In this document: one piece after another, positions 6,200-15,517 of the stretch
Layout: each line of letters opens with the position of its first letter
Position numbering within the stretch: position 1 is the stretch's first letter
Assembly: GCA_963977445.1 (NCBI GenBank)
Contig: CAXBPH010000163.1
Coordinates: forward strand, 1-15,517
From: an uncultured bacterium
GTDB lineage: Bacteria; Hydrogenedentota; Hydrogenedentia; Hydrogenedentales; JAEUWI01
DNA length: 15,517 nucleotides
Direction: 5' to 3'
Program-made: the position numbers and the translations under genes
The notes under the pieces: model-generated
What the model was told of the DNA's origin: nothing
Database searches by the model: none
The model's input: only the letters and a program-made list of their open reading frames with translations

Positions 6200-7780
6200 T
6201 CAGGAGGATAAGGTGGGCACCTTATACTGATTGCGCAATCGACCGAGTTCCACCCGAAGTTGGGAAACGGTCTTGGCATATTCGGGGTTGTCTATCTGAT
6301 TATTCATTTCCTTCGGGTCCGTTTTCAGGTCGTAGAGCTCCCATTCGTCCAGCGTGTAGAAATAAATCAGCTTGTAGCGCTCGGTGCGTATGCCATAGTG
6401 CACATAAACATTGTGCACCTTACCTTCACCCTCGTAATAGTGATAGTAAATGGCGTTGCGCCAATCGTCGGGAGTTTCGCCCTTCAACAGGGGCACCAGA
6501 CTCTTGCCCTGCATGTCACTGGGCACGGCGTTTCCGGTTAGTTCGAGAAAGGTTTCGGCCATGTCGAGGTTTTGCACCATGGCATCGCAGGTGGTGCCTT
6601 CCGGAATGATGCCCGGCCCCATGGCGAGGAGGGGGGTGCGGAGGGATTCTTCATACATGAATCGCTTATCAAACCAGCCATGTTCGCCGAGGTAGAAACT
6701 CTGATCGGCAGAATAGAACACAATGGTGTTCTTATCAAGCCCCTTTTCCTGAAGATAGTCCAAAACCCGACCTACGTTGTCGTCCACCGAGCGGATGCAG
6801 CGCAGATAATCTTTCATATAGCGTTGATACTTCCAGCGGACGAGGTCTTTGCCCGTGAGATTGGCCGCAAGAAAGGCATCATTCTTCGGCTGGTAGGCCT
6901 TGTTCCAGGCCGCGAGCTGTTCGGCATCCATTCGGCCGAGGGTGCGATTCCAACGTCCCTTCAGAGCCGGATCTTCGGCCGCATTGGCGGGCCACACCTT
7001 CAGATCAGAATCCATGGTCATGGTTTTTTCGATGGACATGTCCTGCAGTTTGGCCGCCGATCCCCGATTGGCGTAGTCATCAAAAAGATTCTCGGGTTCC
7101 GGGATCTCTACATCGTCGAAGTCGGTCAGATGGTCCGGGCCCGGTTCCCACTCGCGATGGGGTGCCTTGTGCTGGACCATCAACATGAACGGCTTCTCTT
7201 TATCTCGCTCCGCCTCCAGCCAGTGGAGGGCCTTGTCGGTGAGTAGGTCGCTTACGTAGCCATGGTCCTGTTTCTTTCCCTCGGCGGTAATGAAATCGGG
7301 ATTGTAATAGTGGCCCTGGCCCGGAAGGATTTCCCAGTCATCGAAGCCCACGGGATCCGATTCCAGATGCCATTTGCCATAGACCGCCGTTTGGTAGCCA
7401 TGGGCCTGCAAGAGCTTCGGAAAAGTCTGTTGGGAGGAATCAAAGGAGTCACCGTTCTTACGGAATCCATTCAAGTGACTGTGTTTTCCCGTCATAATGA
7501 CGGCGCGGCAGGGGCCGCAGATAGAATTGGTGACAAAGCTGTTGTTAAAGCGCACGCCCTGTTTCCCGATGCGGTCGATGTTCGGCGTGGGGGCCACTTC
7601 GGCAAGATGACTGCCATAGGCACTCACTGCCGCCTGGGCGTGGTCGTCGCTGTAGATCCAGACGATGTTGGGACGCTGGGCGGGTTGTCCGGCTGCCCGC
7701 AGGTGGGAAAGCCCCGCCAGGGCGAGGGCGCCGGCACCTGCGTGTCGAAGGAAGCTGCGGCGATTGAAGGTGGTCTGCAT
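6200..7780 (-). CDS. Tat-exported formylglycine-dependent (S1) sulfatase, resembling hexosamine/hexose-6-sulfatases
   Basis: Start ATG 7780 ([11 protein letters not shown] twin-arginine signal; GAGGAG RBS). [11 protein letters not shown], CxPxR motif [64 protein letters not shown]. The subfamily call is inference. Confidence 0.95.
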   Translation of the reverse strand: MQTTFNRRSFLRHAGAGALALAGLSHLRAAGQPAQRPNIVWIYSDDHAQAAVSAYGSHLAEVAPTPNIDRIGKQGVRFNNSFVTNSICGPCRAVIMTGKHSHLNGFRKNGDSFDSSQQTFPKLLQAHGYQTAVYGKWHLESDPVGFDDWEILPGQGHYYNPDFITAEGKKQDHGYVSDLLTDKALHWLEAERDKEKPFMLMVQHKAPHREWEPGPDHLTDFDDVEIPEPENLFDDYANRGSAAKLQDMSIEKTMTMDSDLKVWPANAAEDPALKGRWNRTLGRMDAEQLAAWNKAYQPKNDAFLAANLTGKDLVRWKYQRYMKDYLRCIRSVDDNVGRVLDYLQEKGLDKNTIVFYSADQSFYLGEHGWFDKRFMYEESLRTPLLAMGPGIIPEGTTCDAMVQNLDMAETFLELTGNAVPSDMQGKSLVPLLKGETPDDWRNAIYYHYYEGEGKVHNVYVHYGIRTERYKLIYFYTLDEWELYDLKTDPKEMNNQIDNPEYAKTVSQLRVELGRLRNQYKVPTLSS

Positions 7781-7852
7781 GGTCTGATTCTCCTCGATTT
7801 TTCTGCAACGTTCCCGGCGGTTTCTGCTGCCAGACGTTAAGCTGCCGGCCTG

Positions 7853-7926
7853 GTGGACAGTGTGGACTTGGTGGACGGTGTGGACAGCTCGCAAGGGAGC
7901 AACGTCCACCAAGTCCACTAAATCCA
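7853..7926. repeat. Inverted arrays of 9-nt GTGGAC-core tandem repeats forming a long hairpin
   Basis: GTGGAC at 7853, 7862, 7871, 7880; GTCCAC at 7904, 7913 (degenerate at ~7922). 7862-7877 is the exact reverse complement of 7903-7918. Confidence 0.9.
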
Positions 7927-7957
7927 ATGCCGCCACGACGTTTCCTGGCGCCAAAAT

Positions 7958-8923
7958 TTAACCGGCGACTTCGGCGCGTTTGCGTGCCACCATACGTTTT
8001 ACCAGTTCGTCCACGATAACACCAGCGAGCAACACGGCTCCAATAATAGCGAATTCCAGTTGGGAGGGCAGGCCGAGAATGTTGATGGCATTCTTGAGGA
8101 CCACGATAACGGCGGTGCCGATAAGGACACCGAGGATAGACCCTTCACCGCCACGTAGGCTGCACCCACCCAATACGGCCGCCGCGATGGCATAGAGTTC
8201 ATAAAACTCACCCATACCGGCTGGTTGCACCGTGTTGAGGTCCAGTGAAAAAACAATCCCACTGAAACCGGCACACAAGGAGCAGAAGACATAGGCACCG
8301 ATGGTCACGCGGTCCGTATTGATGCCGCTGTAGCGGGCGGCTTCCTCGTTCCGTCCCAGGGCAAAGAGATAGCGCCCGTAGATGGTGAATTTCAGAATAA
8401 ACCCGGCGAGGAGGGCCACGACAATCAACGAGATGAAGGGTACGGGCAAGGAAAAGGAGCCCAGGGGTATGGAGCCCTTGGCCAGGATGCCCAGAACGTC
8501 ATAACCGGACCCAAACCCCACACTCTGGTCCGCCGTGGCGTAGCGCCCAATGCCCCGAAGGAACAACAGACTGCATAGGGTAACGACGAAGGGCTGGAGA
8601 CGCATCTTGGTGATGAGGAGGCCATGAAAGAGGCCAATGAACACAGAGCCCAGGAGCAGCGCGGGCACCACCACCCAGGGGGAGTAGCCCTTCGCCAGAA
8701 AGAGGGCCAGTAGGGAGCCCGTGAGGCCGATAGCCGAACCGATGGAGAGATCAATGCCCCCCGTAATGATGACCATGGCAACACCCACCCCGATGACACC
8801 AAAGAGCCCGATCCAGCGGAAGGTATTCTGCATGTTGTAGGTCGAGAGAAAGTTGTCGCTGTTGAGGGCCGTGAATACGCATACCGCCACCAACAATCCT
8901 AATATACCCAGAGTCTTCTTCAT
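7958..8923 (-). CDS. Monosaccharide ABC transporter permease (RbsC/CUT2 family)
   Basis: Multi-TM; VIITGGIDLSIGS, QPFVVTL, YGRYLFALGRNEEAARYSGIN, YELYAIAAAVLGGCSLRGGEG. Confidence 0.96.
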   Translation of the reverse strand: MKKTLGILGLLVAVCVFTALNSDNFLSTYNMQNTFRWIGLFGVIGVGVAMVIITGGIDLSIGSAIGLTGSLLALFLAKGYSPWVVVPALLLGSVFIGLFHGLLITKMRLQPFVVTLCSLLFLRGIGRYATADQSVGFGSGYDVLGILAKGSIPLGSFSLPVPFISLIVVALLAGFILKFTIYGRYLFALGRNEEAARYSGINTDRVTIGAYVFCSLCAGFSGIVFSLDLNTVQPAGMGEFYELYAIAAAVLGGCSLRGGEGSILGVLIGTAVIVVLKNAINILGLPSQLEFAIIGAVLLAGVIVDELVKRMVARKRAEVAG

Positions 8924-8993
8924 ATGCCGACGGGCACTCCTGTTTGTTATTACGCTTCCGGTCGAATCACCGTTTCGGGGTGTCCTGCTGTCT

Positions 8994-10511
8994 TCATGCG
9001 GCGACCACGCTGCCCGTGGCCAGATGCATAACCGCTTCTTCGGTCAAGGCATCGTGGGCAAGCTCGCCCGTCAAGGCACCGTCGTGAAAAATCAGTGCCC
9101 GGTCCGGCAAATGGAGGATTTCTTCCATTTCGCTAGAGACAAAAATAATGGCCACGCCCGATTCGGCGAGCTTCTCCATCAATTGATATATTTCCCGTTT
9201 GGCGCCAATATCAATCCCCCGGGTCGGCTCATCAAGGAGGAGAATGCGGGGTTTCATGGCAAGCCATTTGCCCAACACCACCTTCTGTTGATTGCCGCCG
9301 GAAAGCAACTGCACGAGTTGCTGGTCGCTGGGTGTCTTGATGTGCAAGGTATCGACCATTTCCTGGCTGATGGCGCATTCGGCGGACCGGTTCAGCATGC
9401 CGTTTCGCTGGTCCCGTTTTGCGCTGGCCAGCCCACAGTTTTCGCGTACGGCCATCTCAAGAATGAGGCCATGTTGTTTTCGGTCTTCCGGGACCAGCGC
9501 AATACCGGCCTGAATCGCTTCGATGGGGCACGAGATCGCGGTGGTCTCCGCGGCGACCGCGATTGCCCCGGAAAGGGCGGGGACCACGCCGAAGAGCGCC
9601 TGGAGCAACTCGGTACGGCCTGCGCCGACGAGGCCACCGATACCAATAATCTCACCCGCGCGAACGGAGAAAGAAACCTGGTGTTTGGGGTGGGCGGCCG
9701 TTACCAGATTGGTGACCCGCAAGATTTCGTCGCCCAGTGGTCGGGGAGTGTAGGTGCGGACCGAGGAAAAGTCTCGACCCACCATGAGCTTTACCATATT
9801 GCAATGATTGATCTCTGATTTTTCCAGGTTGCCTGCATTTTGGCCATCCCGCAGCACGACGACGCGGTCAGCCAATTCGATCACCTCGCCGAGGCGATGG
9901 GAGATATAGATGATACTTACGCCTTTTGCCCGCAGGGCATGAATGACCGTATAGAGGTTGTCGGTCTCCCGTTGTGACAGGCTCGACGTGGGTTCATCCA
10001 TGATGAGGATGCGGCTGTTCACGGAGAGGGCTTTGGCGATTTCCACCATCTGCTGTTGACCGACGGAAAGTTCGCGCACCAGTTTACGGGGCGAATAGTC
10101 GAGGCCGACTTGCTTGAGGTACTCCACGGAGGCCTCATCGATGGCCCGTCGGTTCACGACGCCCCAGCGGTGGGGCTCCCGGCCCAGGAAGATGTTGGAA
10201 CCGATATCGAGATTGTCCGCGAGATTGAGCTCCTGGTGGATGAGGGAAATGCCCAGCGCGCTCGCATCCTGGATGGAGTTTATAGATACGGCCTCTCCAT
10301 CGAGTCGAATTTCGCCGGTGCAGGGACGTTGAATGCCCGCCAGGATTTTCATCAAGGTGCTCTTGCCCGCACCATTCTCGCCGATGACAGCCAGTACTTC
10401 GCCGGGGAAGAGGTCCAGGCTTACGCAATCCAGGGCCTTTACACCGGGGAACTGCTTTTGGATTTGGGTGACCTGTAACAGCGGTCGTGATTCGGATTCT
10501 AGTTCCGTCAT
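8994..10511 (-). CDS. Monosaccharide ABC transporter ATP-binding protein (RbsA/MglA type, two ABC domains)
   Basis: KQFPGVKAL, Walker A GENGAGKSTL, LSVGQQQMVEIAKAL, IMDEPT, ISHRL; second half LSGGNQQKV, LDEPTRGID. Start placed at ATG 10511 (AAGGGA upstream) because the longer ORF runs through a terminator hairpin. Confidence 0.96.
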   Translation of the reverse strand: MTELESESRPLLQVTQIQKQFPGVKALDCVSLDLFPGEVLAVIGENGAGKSTLMKILAGIQRPCTGEIRLDGEAVSINSIQDASALGISLIHQELNLADNLDIGSNIFLGREPHRWGVVNRRAIDEASVEYLKQVGLDYSPRKLVRELSVGQQQMVEIAKALSVNSRILIMDEPTSSLSQRETDNLYTVIHALRAKGVSIIYISHRLGEVIELADRVVVLRDGQNAGNLEKSEINHCNMVKLMVGRDFSSVRTYTPRPLGDEILRVTNLVTAAHPKHQVSFSVRAGEIIGIGGLVGAGRTELLQALFGVVPALSGAIAVAAETTAISCPIEAIQAGIALVPEDRKQHGLILEMAVRENCGLASAKRDQRNGMLNRSAECAISQEMVDTLHIKTPSDQQLVQLLSGGNQQKVVLGKWLAMKPRILLLDEPTRGIDIGAKREIYQLMEKLAESGVAIIFVSSEMEEILHLPDRALIFHDGALTGELAHDALTEEAVMHLATGSVVAA

Positions 10512-10541
10512 GACACCAATATCCCTTGTGATGTGGGGGAG

Positions 10542-10575
10542 AAAAAGGGCACAGGCCGCTATCTGGCCCGTGCCC
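10542..10575 (-). terminator. Intra-operon terminator-like hairpin after the substrate-binding protein gene
   Basis: Minus strand: GGGCACGGGCC-AGATAGC-GGCCTGTGCCC-TTTTT. Confidence 0.75.
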
Positions 10576-10599
10576 CGATCAATCACAATCTGGCCGTGC

Positions 10600-11718
10600 T
10601 CAGGCCCCTTGCGCCTTCAACTCCACCAGCTTGGCCTGGAATTCCGCAACGTTATCTTGCTTCACAATAACCACAGGTACTTCGAGGGTGCCACCTTCGG
10701 GCAATACGCTCTCGTCGCCCTCGGCCAGTCCCTTCAGGATTCGAATAGATTGGTAGCCATATTCAAAAGGCTGCTGACTGACCGTGCCGTGAACCGTTCC
10801 CGCAGCAATAGCGTTCAGGGTGTCGTCGGCTTCATCAAAGCTCACCATTTTGATTTGATTGAGCTTTCCTGCGGCCTCGACGGCCTGGAGACAATTTGGA
10901 ATATTATAGGCGAAGAGCCCCACCATACAGGCGAGGTCGGGGTGACTTGCCATCGTGTCTTCGGCGTTGGCCTTGGCTTTGGGGTAATCAAAATTATCCG
11001 TCAGGGTGCCCAGAATCTCATATTTCTCGCCCTTGATGACGTCGGACGGCGGGCTTATTGTGAGATTGCTGCCATCCTGCATGGGGGCGTCGATAAGTTC
11101 GTCGATGATGCCCTGGCGACGCTGCTGGGCGTTGAGCTGTTCCAGACGGCCCACGAAAATCATGACCTTACCGCCGTCGGGGATGACTTCCTTGATGAGC
11201 TTGCCCGCTTCGCGCCCTGCCTTGTAGTTGTCCATACCGATGAAACAAAGCCGATTGGCGTCGGGGGCGTCGGAGTCCTGGGTGATAACATTGGTGACTT
11301 TGGCGGCCTCGTTGATGAAATCAACCTGATTTTTCGCATCGATGGGGCTGATGGCCAATCCGTCGATACCCCGGGCCAGCGCATTTTCTATCATACGCTT
11401 CTGGTCAACCACACCCTTGGGGGGCATAAGCACCTCCGCGTTGACGCCCAAGTCCTTGGCCGCCGCTCTCACACCCGCCGCAGCGATGGTCCAGAAAGGG
11501 TCAATACCGTTGGTCACGTAGGCGAGATCAATGGAATCGCCCTCGTTGACGGTGTGAAGTGTGGTCGCCTGTTTAACGGAAGCGGCTCCATCGGGAGATG
11601 CCGTACCACCACCGCCATCACCACCACTGCAGCCCGTCAGGGCAAACACACCAAAGCCTAATACACCCATGCCGATCAGCGTCTTCTTACACCCGAAACG
11701 ATTCATAGATCCCAGCAT
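10600..11718 (-). CDS. Sugar ABC transporter substrate-binding lipoprotein (RbsB-like, periplasmic binding protein type 1)
   Basis: Lipobox FALTG-C; DPFWTIAAAG, GIDGLAISP, ITQDSDAP, FIGMDNYKAGREAG, SFDE, GTVSQQPFEYGY; GGAGAGGG RBS before ATG 11718. Confidence 0.95.
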   Translation of the reverse strand: MLGSMNRFGCKKTLIGMGVLGFGVFALTGCSGGDGGGGTASPDGAASVKQATTLHTVNEGDSIDLAYVTNGIDPFWTIAAAGVRAAAKDLGVNAEVLMPPKGVVDQKRMIENALARGIDGLAISPIDAKNQVDFINEAAKVTNVITQDSDAPDANRLCFIGMDNYKAGREAGKLIKEVIPDGGKVMIFVGRLEQLNAQQRRQGIIDELIDAPMQDGSNLTISPPSDVIKGEKYEILGTLTDNFDYPKAKANAEDTMASHPDLACMVGLFAYNIPNCLQAVEAAGKLNQIKMVSFDEADDTLNAIAAGTVHGTVSQQPFEYGYQSIRILKGLAEGDESVLPEGGTLEVPVVIVKQDNVAEFQAKLVELKAQGA

Positions 11719-11871
11719 CGAATTTCCCTCTCCAGATAGTTCGACAATAGCTCAATTCATACGCTGCTACGGATACCCGTCTCTAAAAAACGACATCCTG
11801 CATACAACGGACTCTCAGTCTACTGTATTACCGTCCGGGACTCAAACAGACTTCTCGACGTCGAAAGCGCC

Positions 11872-11907
11872 CAGGGACAGCAGGGACGACAGTGACAACA
11901 GGGACCA
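11872..11907 (+). repeat. 9-nt tandem repeat CAG(G/T)GACNN x4
   Basis: CAGGGACAG CAGGGACGA CAGTGACAA CAGGGACCA; one inverted core TTGTCCC at 11920-11926. Confidence 0.85.
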
Positions 11908-12083
11908 GTAAGACTGAGGTTGTCCCAGCAACTTGAACCGATCTCTATCATTACCGGATAATAGCAGCGGTGATTTTCCCACAAATTGGCCCTTCCGGGC
12001 CGACAGTGCGCGCCGAAATCGCCCCAACGAATCCATAACCAGCCTTGCTATGTATCGCATTGCCGTACCATGAAAGTACCCAG

Positions 12084-13793
12084 ATGACTTCATCGAACGC
12101 CCCTGAACCAGCCGAAGGGCGGCGCGTATCCAACTTCGTCCGCAATATCATCGAAGAAGACATCGCCGCAGCCAAGAATGACGGCCAGGTCGTGACCCGT
12201 TTTCCTCCGGAACCCAACGGCTACCTCCATATCGGCCATGCCAAATCGATTTGTCTCAATTTTGGCCTGGCAGAGCGCTACAAGGGCACCTGCCACCTGC
12301 GTTTTGATGATACCAATCCATCGAAGGAAGAGGATGAGTACGTTCAGTCCATTAAAGAGGATGTACGCTGGCTCGGCTTCGACTGGGGCGAAAATGAATT
12401 CTTCGCTTCCGATTATTTCGACCAGATATACGACTGGGCTCTCAAGCTGATTGAGGCCGGGAAAGCCTATGTCTGCGATTTGACCTTTGACGAAATGAAG
12501 GAGTACCGCGGAAATCTGACGGAGCCGGGTAAGAACAGCCCCTACCGCGATCGGACCGCGGTGGAAAATCTCGATCTCTTTGCCCGCATGGCGGCGGGTG
12601 AATATGAAGAGGGTACCAAGGTGCTGCGGGCCAAGATTGATATGGCCGCGCCCAATCTCAACCTCCGCGACCCGGTCATGTATCGCATTCTCAAGGCGGA
12701 GCACCATCGCACGGGGAGCAAGTGGAAAATCTACCCCATGTATGATTTTACCCACGGTCAGTCTGATTCCATCGAGGGTATTACCCACTCCATCTGCACC
12801 CTCGAGTTTGAAGATCATCGTCCGCTCTACGACTGGTATATCAATGCCCTGGGCATCCACCATCCCCAGCAGATCGAGTTTGCCCGCCTCAACATCGGCT
12901 ATATGATGATGAGCAAGCGCAATCTCCTCACCCTGGTAACAGACAAGCATGTCAACGGGTGGGACGACCCCCGCATGCCTACCCTGTCGGGTCTCCGTCG
13001 TCGCGGTTACCCTGCCAAGGCCGTTCGTGACTTTTGCGAAGCGGTTGGTGTGGCCAAGGCCGACAGCACGGTGGACTTTGCCTTCCTGGAGCACTTCGTT
13101 CGGGACGAGCTCAATAAGACCGCACCCCGGTATATGGCGGTGGTTGACCCCATCAAGGTGGTCATCGAGAATTATCCCGAAGATCAGGTGGATGAACTGG
13201 AAGCGGTGAACAATCCTGAAGATCCCGAAGCCGGGACGCGGATTGTTCCATTTTCCCGGGAGATCTACATTGAGCGGGAAGACTTTATGGAAGATCCGCC
13301 CAAGAAATTCTTCCGCCTGGCACCCGGTCGCGAAGTGCGTTTGCGCTATGCCTATTTTATCACCTGCACCGAAGTGATTAAGGACCCCGAAACAGGCGAC
13401 ATCACGGAATTGCGCTGCACCTATGATCCGGAAACCAAGGGTGGGAACGCGCCCGATGGCCGTAAGGTGAAGGCGACCATGCACTGGGTGTCCGCCGCCC
13501 ACGCCCATCACGCCGAGGTTCGCAACTACAATCAGCTATTCACAAAAGAGAACCCCAACCGGGGCAAGAAGGGGCAGCATTGGACCACCAACATCAATCC
13601 CGATAGTCTCGAAGTGCTGACGGGTTGTCTGGTGGAGCCTGCCTTGGCGGAAGTGAAGTCAGGCGAGAGCGTGCAGTTTGAGCGTTTGGGCTATTATTGC
13701 GCCGACGTGAAGGAGCACACCCGGAACAATCCGGTGTTTAATCGCACTGCAACGCTGAAAGATGCCTGGGCCAAAGAGAAGAAAAAAGGGTGA
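12084..13793 (+). CDS. glnS: Glutamine--tRNA ligase (GlnRS)
   Basis: [24 protein letters not shown] (HIGH), [65 protein letters not shown] 12084 chosen over TTG 12045. Confidence 0.98.
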   Translation: MTSSNAPEPAEGRRVSNFVRNIIEEDIAAAKNDGQVVTRFPPEPNGYLHIGHAKSICLNFGLAERYKGTCHLRFDDTNPSKEEDEYVQSIKEDVRWLGFDWGENEFFASDYFDQIYDWALKLIEAGKAYVCDLTFDEMKEYRGNLTEPGKNSPYRDRTAVENLDLFARMAAGEYEEGTKVLRAKIDMAAPNLNLRDPVMYRILKAEHHRTGSKWKIYPMYDFTHGQSDSIEGITHSICTLEFEDHRPLYDWYINALGIHHPQQIEFARLNIGYMMMSKRNLLTLVTDKHVNGWDDPRMPTLSGLRRRGYPAKAVRDFCEAVGVAKADSTVDFAFLEHFVRDELNKTAPRYMAVVDPIKVVIENYPEDQVDELEAVNNPEDPEAGTRIVPFSREIYIEREDFMEDPPKKFFRLAPGREVRLRYAYFITCTEVIKDPETGDITELRCTYDPETKGGNAPDGRKVKATMHWVSAAHAHHAEVRNYNQLFTKENPNRGKKGQHWTTNINPDSLEVLTGCLVEPALAEVKSGESVQFERLGYYCADVKEHTRNNPVFNRTATLKDAWAKEKKKG

Positions 13794-13843
13794 GCCCACA
13801 CCGATTGGAGGAGCCCTGCCGGCGGAGTTAAGGGCCGGTGGGC
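13794..13843. other. Imperfect hairpin between convergent glnS and the MshEN-cNMP gene (possible bidirectional terminator)
   Basis: Outer GCCCAC(A)CCG / CGGTGGGC and inner GCCCT / AGGGC pairings. Confidence 0.4.
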
Positions 13844-15231
13844 TACCGCGAGTTGGCTTCGAGGAGACGTCGGCTCAGGGTGAGAATGATGTTTACCAGC
13901 AATTGCACAGACACGTCCCGGGGCATGATATTGTGGATAACATCCATCTTGAGCCCGAGCAGGCTGATGTCGTCCCGCGCAACCGCGTCGGCACTCCGTT
14001 TGCCCTGGCTTATCAACGCCATTTCGCCAAACATGTCCCCCTGACCGAGGAGGGCCAATTCGCGCCCGTCCTGCTCGATGGCGACGGTGCCATTGAGGAT
14101 GAGATAGAGGGATTCGCCCTCCTGGTCCCGCTTGAAGATGACGTCACCCGCTTCATATTCGACGGTCAGTCCCCGGGCAAAGATCTTGGCGATATTTTCG
14201 GCGTCCACACCACGGAAGAGCTCCATACGGCGGGCCAGGATTTCATAGGTGTCTCGCATGCTGTCTATCATGACGTTGGTCACGTCCTGAAGGATTTTCT
14301 CGGGAACGTCGTCTTCCTGGGGTCCGTCCAAGTCCGCTTCGGCCGCAACGTCGCCATGAAAGACCTGGCCGAAGACCGTTTCCGTGTCTAAATCGGCATC
14401 GCTGTCATTTTCGTCGCGCTGTTCACCGGCGAAGCGCACCCGATGCAGGGCGCTGTCACTCATTTTCTTCTCGGCGTAATCGGATTTGGAATCCACCGCA
14501 ATCGCATCGGGAATCTCTTCTTCAGCCGCTGGCGTGACCACTCCAGGTTGGGCGGCTACCGACGCTTTCGCATGGCGCTCGGCATAGGAAGCTTTTTCCG
14601 CCTCGGTTAAGGTTATGCCGAAACTGGACACGCTCATGTTCTGTCCGCCGCCGCTCCGTTTCACTTGTTCCCCGAATACCTTGGCCGTTACCGTCTCGAA
14701 ATGTCTGTGGGCGCAGAGGATAGGTTTAATACGGAGATCCGGGCAATGTTGTTGAACCACCTGCAAGGCCTGGGTGTTCAGTGGATTGACCATGGCAATT
14801 GTAAGATTGCGCCCCAGTTTGTCGATGGGGATCAGTCGATACTGGAGACATACCTCTTTGGGGACGAGGGCGGCAACGTCCGCATCAATGAGATAGTCCA
14901 GCAAGCTGAGATGGGGGATCTTACAAAACTTGGCAAGAAAGGAGAGGAGCGATTTTTCATCGAGGATACCTTCCTCGACCAGAATTTCTCCCAGAAACGC
15001 ACCGGTCTCTTTCTGAATGACGAGGGCCCGTTCCAACTGCTCGCGGGACGCCTTGCCTTGTTGCAAGAGCATAGCGGGCAGGGAGCGGGCGGATGGTCGG
15101 GGTGCACTCTGTTGGGGCGGCGTCTGCCGGTGGGGTTGTTGTGGGGGCTGCTGGCCCTGTGGGGGCGCGGCCACTTCCGGGGTGCTGGGCTTAGGTGTGT
15201 CCGGTTTCTTCGATCTGTTCCAGCCAATCAT
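13843..15231 (-). CDS. MshEN/GspE-PilB N-terminal domain fused to a C-terminal cyclic-nucleotide-binding (cNMP) domain
   Basis: Start ATG 15231 (AAGG upstream). P/Q-rich N-terminus; two MshEN-like motifs; T2SSE_N-type subdomain (LVPKEVCLQYRLIPI..LTIAMVNP); acidic linker; cNMP domain (LFRGVD..YEAGDVIFKRDQEGESLYLILNGTV..FGEMALISQGKRSADAVA). No Walker A, no HTH. Confidence 0.88.
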   Translation of the reverse strand: MIGWNRSKKPDTPKPSTPEVAAPPQGQQPPQQPHRQTPPQQSAPRPSARSLPAMLLQQGKASREQLERALVIQKETGAFLGEILVEEGILDEKSLLSFLAKFCKIPHLSLLDYLIDADVAALVPKEVCLQYRLIPIDKLGRNLTIAMVNPLNTQALQVVQQHCPDLRIKPILCAHRHFETVTAKVFGEQVKRSGGGQNMSVSSFGITLTEAEKASYAERHAKASVAAQPGVVTPAAEEEIPDAIAVDSKSDYAEKKMSDSALHRVRFAGEQRDENDSDADLDTETVFGQVFHGDVAAEADLDGPQEDDVPEKILQDVTNVMIDSMRDTYEILARRMELFRGVDAENIAKIFARGLTVEYEAGDVIFKRDQEGESLYLILNGTVAIEQDGRELALLGQGDMFGEMALISQGKRSADAVARDDISLLGLKMDVIHNIMPRDVSVQLLVNIILTLSRRLLEANSR

Positions 15232-15517
15232 GTACGAAAACCTTGTATGGCAGTGATACCTGGCACGGTGGCCTGAGCACGGGAGATGCTCAAGCATCCT
15301 GTAAATTCTACGCAAATCTCAACCCGCGCATGGTAGCACCCCGACAGGGAATCCATCAACTTGCATACTCAGGGCAATTGCGATAGAAAGCGTCCCCTTT
15401 AGACTTCGTCTCCACTTTACTGGATAGGGTCGCGCGAAACATGTCGCCATCTATCTCTTTGCTGGCGAAACGTTAAGCCAAGGGCGTGCCGCGCGATCTG
15501 GTACTCCAGTTCGTGCG

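Noticed and set aside
7781..7954. 58-aa N-terminal extension of the sulfatase in the ORF track
   Set aside because: It is the translation of the 9-mer repeat hairpin. The Tat signal and GAGGAG RBS define ATG 7780.
8853..13511. Long antisense ORFs (8853-9818, 10333-11661, 12090-13511)
   Set aside because: Antisense to clearly identified ABC genes and glnS; expected from codon bias in GC-rich DNA; no recognisable domains.
15417..15517. Possible 3' end of a minus-strand gene entering from the right edge
   Set aside because: Too short to assign frame or product from this window.

Overview
A bacterial chromosomal window of moderately high GC. The PEP-CTERM protein, Tat sulfatase and MshEN fusion suggest a PVC/Hydrogenedentota-like diderm, but taxonomy is inference only. 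Left 2.2 kb (accessory): a possible IS right end, then two genes (a DUF1232/YkvA-like small membrane protein and a LamG-like PEP-CTERM surface protein), each preceded by a copy of the same ~92-95 bp structured leader. A repeat-dense intergenic region follows, with 7-mer tandem repeats, hairpins and two identical 36-bp REP-like palindromes plus inverted half-copies. Middle: a secreted Pro-rich EF-hand protein divergent from a CusRS/CopRS-like two-component system (cop-box match; response regulator probably leaderless), then a minus-strand cluster of sugar ABC transporter (binding lipoprotein, ATPase, permease), Tat-exported sulfatase and PfkB kinase. The ABC genes are bracketed by 9-nt GGAC-core tandem repeats. 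Right: glnS, and a convergent gene fusing an MshEN/GspE N-terminal domain to an intact cyclic-nucleotide-binding domain with no ATPase. The most unusual items are the duplicated, possibly RBS-occluding leader, the MshEN-cNMP fusion and the REP/REPIN-like cluster.
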